Virus record (IMG/VR): IMGVR_UViG_3300017917_002374
Coordinates: 248,001 to 312,000 of that record
Direction: 5' to 3' (one strand)
DNA length: 64,000 bases
Below the pieces are notes generated by a model. It made no database searches, was not told where the DNA came from, and saw only the letters and a list, made by a program, of their open reading frames with translations. The position numbers and the translations under genes are program-made. Position 1 is the stretch's first letter. Every line of letters starts with the position of its first letter. Shown here piece by piece: positions 57,962 through 64,000 of the stretch.

Positions 57962-58422
57962 TGTTTACACTCAGTCAAGTTGAAGTAGACCCTGGAGTGG
58001 CAGCGCAGGTTGTTGCTCTGTTTCAACAGCTGGATCGTGGACGCGGTGGTCCAATGGGCACCTGGCACGGCCAGCGACTGCGTGACAATCCTTACCCATG
58101 GTTTCAATCCACCTTTGATCGTGTTACAGCGGCTCTGAGCCATCTGCGCATAGATGAATGGTGGTTCAACTGTGGCCAGGCAGGCGACGAATATCGTTGG
58201 CACGAGCATGTGCCCTATCCTTGGGCTGCTGTGCTGTATGTTCAAACGCCAGAAAACTCTGGAGGCATAGAATTTCGCCGCCAGGAGGAGTATGCTGCAT
58301 TTCAACCAGTAGCAGGTGATTTTCTGTTGTTTTCGGGTAATCTTGCTCACAGGGTTTTGCCCAATAAAAGTGCAGATTATAGAATAAGTGTGGCGTTCAA
58401 CTTAACCTCCAGATCTAAATAA
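57961..58422 (+). CDS. 2OG-Fe(II) oxygenase superfamily protein
   Basis: W.N...HEH...AVLYVQ.P..SG.I.F...GD..LF...L.H.V.PN.S...RISVAFN. Confidence 0.8.
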   Translation: MFTLSQVEVDPGVAAQVVALFQQLDRGRGGPMGTWHGQRLRDNPYPWFQSTFDRVTAALSHLRIDEWWFNCGQAGDEYRWHEHVPYPWAAVLYVQTPENSGGIEFRRQEEYAAFQPVAGDFLLFSGNLAHRVLPNKSADYRISVAFNLTSRSK

Positions 58423-58446
58423 ATAACATAATAATAGGTTAAAAAT

Positions 58447-61400
58447 ATGGCCAAGCAGATACAATTACGTAGAGGAACCACACTAGAGCATAGCACATTT
58501 GTTGGTGCTGTAGGAGAAGTCACTGTAGATACCACAAAAGATGTAGTGGTAGTGCATGATGGAATTACCAGTGGAGGCGTTCCTGGAGCAAGAGAGCAAG
58601 ACATTTCAGCAGCAAATGCTGCTATTGCCACACTTACAGCAAACGTTGGGCTACTACGGGTTGACGTTAATGCTCTAGATCCGGGCGGCGCAGCAGCAGC
58701 CCAGGCACAGCTTAGAGCCAACATCACAGCAGCTAATGTAAAAATTTCCAATCTAGAAAGTAATGCTGTTGTACAAGCTGTACAAATTGCTGGATTGACA
58801 ACGGACTTGGCCGGCGCCAATTCGTCTATAACCAGTTTGCAGATCTCGTTGGGCATTACCAATAGTACTCTGGTACAATTACAAAATTCTGATACTGCGG
58901 TCAATGCAGCTATTGTGAGTCTAGAAACATTTGCATATTCAAATGCAGCCACACAGAATTCTTTGATTAATGACCTAAGAGCCAACATCACAGCAGCCAA
59001 TGCAGCCATACTGGTGAATACCGATCGTGTGACAGCAGCCAATATAGAAATTGCTGCGCTGAGAGCCAACATCACAGCAGCTAATGCTGAAATCACAAAT
59101 CTTTACAGTAATGCATCTACACAATCCACACAGATTTCTAGCATCAACTCAAATGTGGCCGCAGCTAATGTTGGCATTGCACTAGGAGTCAGTAGAAGTA
59201 TTGCAGCCAATGTTGAAATTGAAGCATTAAGAGGCAACATCACTGCGGCCAATGTACAGATCGCTATTAATACCAATAGATCCATGGCAGCAAATATTGA
59301 AATTGGAAATTTAAGAGCCAATATAACTGCGGCCAATGCAGCCATAACCTCAGCTAACACCTACAACATCAATTTAACCAACAGTACCTACACCACCTTG
59401 TTGGGTGGAGCAGATAGTAATTTTAACACCTTGAACAAACTGGCCAATGCGGTGGCTGGCGATCCTGCATACAGCAGCACAGTAAATGCTACCTTTGACA
59501 GTATTAGAGCAAACATCACTGCGGCCAATGCAGCCATACTGGTGAATACTAATCGGGTAATAGCGGCCAACGCAGCAATTGTTCTAACGCAACAAGGTGT
59601 GGACGGTGCTAATACTCGTGTGGCAGCAGCCAATGTGCTGAACGCAGTAACCAATGCTAATTTAACTGCGGCCAACGCACAGATAACCAATATCAGAAAC
59701 GTGGTATCCAGTAATGGAAATGTCTACACCAGTAATGCAGTGATTGGTAATTTGTATCTAGACGATCACTTTTTTGCCAACGGCGCACAGTTTATTGCTA
59801 ACTCAACCAATTGGCTGTATGTGGTTGAATCTCCTGATGATAGTGTAGCATACAACATACCTTATATTGGTTCAGATCTTAACAGTACAGCAGTATCAGA
59901 TTCATACAAACAGTTTTACAGTGATACAAACACACTAACATTTAACCCAGGACTGAATCTTTTATTATCTCCTAACATTAGCACTACCTCAAATGCGCAG
60001 GCCACATCAACTACCACTGGTGCTCTGAGAATCACCGGTGGAGCAAGCATTGCAATTGGTAATCTTTATATTGGTGGTAGTGCAGGAAGAAGTATCACAG
60101 CCACAGGTAATATTGTAGTAACTGGTGATGCCTCAACTGCGGCCAACACTGGTGCACTGGTAGTTGCTGGCGGTGTTGGGGTATCCGGTAATGTGAATAT
60201 TGGTACATCGCTAGGATTGATCGGTGCAGGCGACCAAGCGTTCCGTATGGGACTAAACAGCCAAGGACAGTTGGAATTTGTTCCAAATCAAGTGGCCAGT
60301 GTGTCCGGCGGTGTTCCGGTACTGATCATTGATGACGATGGTGGTGCAATTTGGGCAAACATTGCATTTGTAAGCAATTCAAATCTTTCAGTTACAGCCA
60401 GTACCGTGAGCTCTTCAAGTTCAACTGGTGCATTGCGAGTAACAGGCGGTGCTGGTATTGGCGGTTCATTGCATGCCGCAGGAAACATTGTGAGCGAAGC
60501 AACCACAGCAAGCACAGACGTTAGTACAGGTGCACTGATTGTTGCTGGTGGTGCTGGCATTGGCGGAGCAATCAACATAGGCGGTATAGGAAAAATTACA
60601 GGCAATTTGGTAGCTGCTTCAACTACCAATAGCACCTCTACAACCACAGGTGCTCTAGTAGTAGCAGGCGGAGTAGGCATAGCCAACAGTGTGATTACCG
60701 GCGGCAATATAGTAGCCGCATCTGGAACAGAAAGCACAAACACAACCACAGGCGCCGTGGTAGTCACAGGCGGTGTGGGAATAGCAAACAGATTGAATGT
60801 TGGCGGAAACATTGTGGCATTGGCCACAACCACAAGCACAAACACAACCACAGGCGCCCTGGTAGTTGCAGGAGGTGTGGGTATTGGCGGAACAGTGGTT
60901 GCAGGCGGAAATATTGTGGCATCGGCTGCCACAGCCAGTGTGAATACTACTACAGGCGCATTGGTAGTCACTGGGGGTGCGGGTATTGGTGGAGCCTTGC
61001 AAGTTGGTGGCAACGCAGTATTAGGCAGTGGCACTGCAACTTCTAGCACAACCACAGGAGCACTAGTAGTCACTGGTGGTATAGGACTCAGTGGTAACAT
61101 TGTTGCTGGAGGCGGCATTGAAATTGCTGGAAACATTCTGTCAACTGCAGGACAAATTAGAGTTAGCACCGGAACAGAAAGTACCAGTACTAGTACAGGT
61201 GCACTGGTAGTTACGGGTGGTGCTGGTATTAGCGATAGATTAAATGTTGGCGGCAATGTGGTTATCACCAGTAGTGCAACCAGTACAGATACAACCACAG
61301 GAGCATTAGTAGTTGCTGGAGGAGTGGGTATTGGTGGCAATCTAGTGGTTGCTGGCAATCTCAGTGTAGGTGGAGGCAGTTTGTCCAGCTTTGTTGCTGG

Positions 61401-62592
61401 CATGGACATGGTCAACTCTGCAGACAGTACCAGCGGTCATTATGTAAAACTGGCTACTATTCCAGTTATGCAAGCAGCAGATGTTGCTGAAGTGGTAATC
61501 AGCTGTTTGGTTACTGGTAGATATCTACCAGCAATAGAAGCATATCGTGTGCTGGTACGAGCAGTTGGATCCAGTGCAACAGGTGCAGTTCCACAACTGT
61601 ATGTGGAATCTTTATTAAACAATCAAACAAAGACAACTTTTAATGCTAGCGATTTTGTTTTAAGTTATAACGCCAGTACTTACGCAGCCTACGATTTATA
61701 CTATCAGTTCAATGATGCAAATCAAAGATTATTTGCCAAATTTGATCTAGTCACCAGCGAGGACACAACCTATACTGGCAATTATTGGCAACTGTTAAGT
61801 GGTCAGACTACTTCTGCTTCGTTTACCAGTCTTGGAACCACATTGTCCGGTATTGAAATGGGCAAGAGTGTAAGTAACCTCATTGTAAGTTACAGTGCCA
61901 GTGTTACTTCGGCCAACACATCAACATCTACCAGCACAGGTGCACTGGTAGTCACAGGTGGTGTAGGCATTGGTGATCGGTTGAATGTTGGCGGCAATGT
62001 GGTATTAACCAGCGGAACATCTAGTGCTAGTACTGTTACTGGTGCGCTAGTGGTGTCTGGCGGAATTGGAGCGTCTGGTAATATCATTGTTGCAGGCAAT
62101 ATTATCAGTCAAAGCACTTTTACCACACAGATAGCCGCAGGAGCCACTGCCACTCGTCCTGGCGCTCCAGCGGTTGGTATGATACGATACAATACCACAT
62201 TGCAAAGTTACGAAGGGTATGGTGCCGGGGCAGCTTGGTCCAGTCTTGGAGGAGTTAAGTCAGTTTCTGGAAACGCTTATATCAGTGCAGAATTGTCAGC
62301 TGCCAGCGGCGACGATGTGTTAAGATTCTATTCAGGCAGTGCTGGCCCTAGTCAGCAGGTTGCTTATATGAGCGCCAGCAACGTTGGTATTATTATTAAC
62401 ACAGCAGCAACTAGTACCAGTACTGGAGCACTACAGGTTTCAGGTGGTATTGGTTTAGCAGGAAACTTATTTTCAGGTGGTAATGTGTATGTTCGTTCTA
62501 GAATTGGATTTACTTTTGGTGCAAACGCAACTAGTGCAGTTTATCAACAGTATAATCAGGCCACAAACAGTCTTGACACAATCTTTGGATAA
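58447..62592 (+). CDS. Long tail fibre (1381 aa) with coiled-coil and beta-repeat regions
   Basis: QLRRGTT...GEVTVDT.K...VHDG N-terminus; LRANITAANA repeats; STTTGALVV.GG.GI repeats; TRP...GMIRYN module. Confidence 0.85.
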   Translation: MAKQIQLRRGTTLEHSTFVGAVGEVTVDTTKDVVVVHDGITSGGVPGAREQDISAANAAIATLTANVGLLRVDVNALDPGGAAAAQAQLRANITAANVKISNLESNAVVQAVQIAGLTTDLAGANSSITSLQISLGITNSTLVQLQNSDTAVNAAIVSLETFAYSNAATQNSLINDLRANITAANAAILVNTDRVTAANIEIAALRANITAANAEITNLYSNASTQSTQISSINSNVAAANVGIALGVSRSIAANVEIEALRGNITAANVQIAINTNRSMAANIEIGNLRANITAANAAITSANTYNINLTNSTYTTLLGGADSNFNTLNKLANAVAGDPAYSSTVNATFDSIRANITAANAAILVNTNRVIAANAAIVLTQQGVDGANTRVAAANVLNAVTNANLTAANAQITNIRNVVSSNGNVYTSNAVIGNLYLDDHFFANGAQFIANSTNWLYVVESPDDSVAYNIPYIGSDLNSTAVSDSYKQFYSDTNTLTFNPGLNLLLSPNISTTSNAQATSTTTGALRITGGASIAIGNLYIGGSAGRSITATGNIVVTGDASTAANTGALVVAGGVGVSGNVNIGTSLGLIGAGDQAFRMGLNSQGQLEFVPNQVASVSGGVPVLIIDDDGGAIWANIAFVSNSNLSVTASTVSSSSSTGALRVTGGAGIGGSLHAAGNIVSEATTASTDVSTGALIVAGGAGIGGAINIGGIGKITGNLVAASTTNSTSTTTGALVVAGGVGIANSVITGGNIVAASGTESTNTTTGAVVVTGGVGIANRLNVGGNIVALATTTSTNTTTGALVVAGGVGIGGTVVAGGNIVASAATASVNTTTGALVVTGGAGIGGALQVGGNAVLGSGTATSSTTTGALVVTGGIGLSGNIVAGGGIEIAGNILSTAGQIRVSTGTESTSTSTGALVVTGGAGISDRLNVGGNVVITSSATSTDTTTGALVVAGGVGIGGNLVVAGNLSVGGGSLSSFVAGMDMVNSADSTSGHYVKLATIPVMQAADVAEVVISCLVTGRYLPAIEAYRVLVRAVGSSATGAVPQLYVESLLNNQTKTTFNASDFVLSYNASTYAAYDLYYQFNDANQRLFAKFDLVTSEDTTYTGNYWQLLSGQTTSASFTSLGTTLSGIEMGKSVSNLIVSYSASVTSANTSTSTSTGALVVTGGVGIGDRLNVGGNVVLTSGTSSASTVTGALVVSGGIGASGNIIVAGNIISQSTFTTQIAAGATATRPGAPAVGMIRYNTTLQSYEGYGAGAAWSSLGGVKSVSGNAYISAELSAASGDDVLRFYSGSAGPSQQVAYMSASNVGIIINTAATSTSTGALQVSGGIGLAGNLFSGGNVYVRSRIGFTFGANATSAVYQQYNQATNSLDTIFG
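58713..59690 (+). repeat. LRANITAAN coiled-coil repeats
   Basis: Repeated AGAGCCAACATCACAGCAGC-like DNA units; boundaries approximate. Confidence 0.8.
60000..62090 (+). repeat. ~30-aa STTTGALVVxGGxGI repeats
   Basis: More than ten copies of T.TGALVV.GG.GI.G..(N/V)VGGN, interrupted by a non-repetitive domain (~61400-61880). Confidence 0.85.
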
Positions 62593-62595
62593 TGC

Positions 62596-64000
62596 ATGAG
62601 TTACCTAGTCCATAGATTAACATCCACTGGTGATCTGATTCTTTATGAAGGAAGTTTAGACGAAATTTCTTCTTCTAACATAAAGATCAGTGACACAGCT
62701 ACTACATCGGCTGAATTTGACGAAGTTAGTCTAAACGGCGCATTAAATGGTGTTGTTAAAAAAGAATATTCTAATGGTAATTTGTCCATAGCAGGTACAT
62801 TTAACGAACTTGAATACGAAAACGAGGAGGTTTACACTGTACCAGGCGTTTATTCTTGGACATGCCCTTCTGGAATTTCGTCAGTAAGTGTGGTATGTAT
62901 TGGTGCAGGTGGTGCAGGCGCAGCTCCTGGGCCTGGTGGTGCTGGTGGCGGACTACGATACATAAATGATCTTACAGTTACGCCAGGAACCACATATACC
63001 GTGATTGTTGGTGCCGGCGGGCTCGCTGGTAACGGTAATTCGCCTGGTGGGTACAGTGCATTTGGATCTAATATTGTGTTTGCCACTGGAGGGGAATCTC
63101 TAACAGCAGGATCATTGCAAACTCCACTTGGCGGCACTGGAAGCACTATAGGTGGTAATATAGGTGGCGCCGACGGTGGTGCTGGTGGTGCTTATCGTGG
63201 TGCTCAAGGCGGCGGCGGTGGCGGAGGTGGTGCTGGTGGGTATTCCAGCAACGGAGGTGCTGGTGGTGCTGGTGGAACATTTTCCCCACTAACTAACGGA
63301 GTTTCAGGACAGAACAGCACAAACGGTGGTGCTGGCGGCTCTGGTGGTAGCGGAGAATATGCTGGTAATCCAAATGGACGAGGCGGCGGAGCAGGTGGTG
63401 GTGTAGGCGTATTTGGATTGTCAGGTACCACAGCCACGGGTGGAAATGCAGATGCCTTTGGTAACGGTGTTGGGGGGCTTGGAGGATCAGCTGGTACTAG
63501 CGGAGCAAACTATACTGGATCACAAACTGCTGCGGGTGGATTATACGGTGGTGGCGGTGGTGGCGGTGCTATAGCAGGACATGGTGGGCCTGGAGCAAAT
63601 GGTGCAGTGAGAATCATGTGGAGTTTGAGACAATTAAACAGACAATTTCCAAGCCTCAATACCAAGCGTATTTTGACTAATGAAATAATGAATACAGCTT
63701 TAGTCTCAGGGGTGACAGGTAGTTATAGTTTAGATTGGAAAACATCACTAAGACATCGGGTGGCGGTGGAGTTTAATAGTGTTGAAGATATTAGAAATTT
63801 TTTCAAGCTAGGCGGCAGTATTCGTATTGATGCCGGAGCATCGGGCGGGGGAATTATTGGATCTAAAACCAGCGATTGGCTTACTTTTCTTTCTGCTGTG
63901 CAGCCAGTCAGTTACACTGCAAGCAGTTTTCGTAGAGGCGGAAATCTAGTTGTAAGATCCAAAACTTTTGTAGGAGGCTATTATAGTGCCAACTATATTC
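62596..64000 (+). CDS. Glycine-rich tail-associated protein (3' truncated; missing from the ORF track)
   Basis: ATG 62596 opens a frame without a stop to the window end: MSYLVHRLTSTG...YTVPGVYSWTCPSGISSVSVVCIGAGG...GANGAVRIMW. Confidence 0.8.
   Translation, partial: MSYLVHRLTSTGDLILYEGSLDEISSSNIKISDTATTSAEFDEVSLNGALNGVVKKEYSNGNLSIAGTFNELEYENEEVYTVPGVYSWTCPSGISSVSVVCIGAGGAGAAPGPGGAGGGLRYINDLTVTPGTTYTVIVGAGGLAGNGNSPGGYSAFGSNIVFATGGESLTAGSLQTPLGGTGSTIGGNIGGADGGAGGAYRGAQGGGGGGGGAGGYSSNGGAGGAGGTFSPLTNGVSGQNSTNGGAGGSGGSGEYAGNPNGRGGGAGGGVGVFGLSGTTATGGNADAFGNGVGGLGGSAGTSGANYTGSQTAAGGLYGGGGGGGAIAGHGGPGANGAVRIMWSLRQLNRQFPSLNTKRILTNEIMNTALVSGVTGSYSLDWKTSLRHRVAVEFNSVEDIRNFFKLGGSIRIDAGASGGGIIGSKTSDWLTFLSAVQPVSYTASSFRRGGNLVVRSKTFVGGYYSANYI

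Noticed and set aside
60288-61415. 375-aa antisense ORF and the many other shadow ORFs in the track
   Set aside because: These are reverse-frame artefacts of Gly/Ala/Thr/Val-rich genes; they lack an RBS or promoter and have no recognisable motifs.
47725-62090. CRISPR-like or non-coding repeat array
   Set aside because: The repeats are degenerate, in-frame protein repeats (collagen, RANITAAN, TGALVV) without a constant repeat/unique spacer structure.

Overview
This window is 64 kb of a large T4-superfamily (Tevenvirinae/Kyanoviridae-like) myophage genome. It uses the standard genetic code, and the host is probably Gram-negative (autotransporter, heptose genes, sigma70 promoters). Contents: (i) two blocks of very large modular tail-fibre/virion-decoration genes (1-10.7 kb and 46.5-64 kb); (ii) neck/tail genes (gp15-, gp14-, gp13-, gp18-, gp19-, gp54-like), a gp4-like head-completion nuclease, a probable small terminase and the large terminase gp17; (iii) a cluster of charged proteins with T4 capsid-targeting-like N-termini, including a 1014-aa apparent polyprotein; (iv) gp32 SSB, UvsX, UvsY and dNMP kinase; (v) six tRNAs, including an anomalous tRNA(UAU) with a long variable arm; (vi) an accessory island with an autotransporter, a split ADP-heptose synthase (HldC/HldA-like), a cupin and methyltransferases. 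Regulation is readable directly: near-consensus sigma70 promoters, many TAAATA late promoters (several apparently leaderless), and hairpins built around promoters. Functional calls come from motif recognition by eye; no database search was run.
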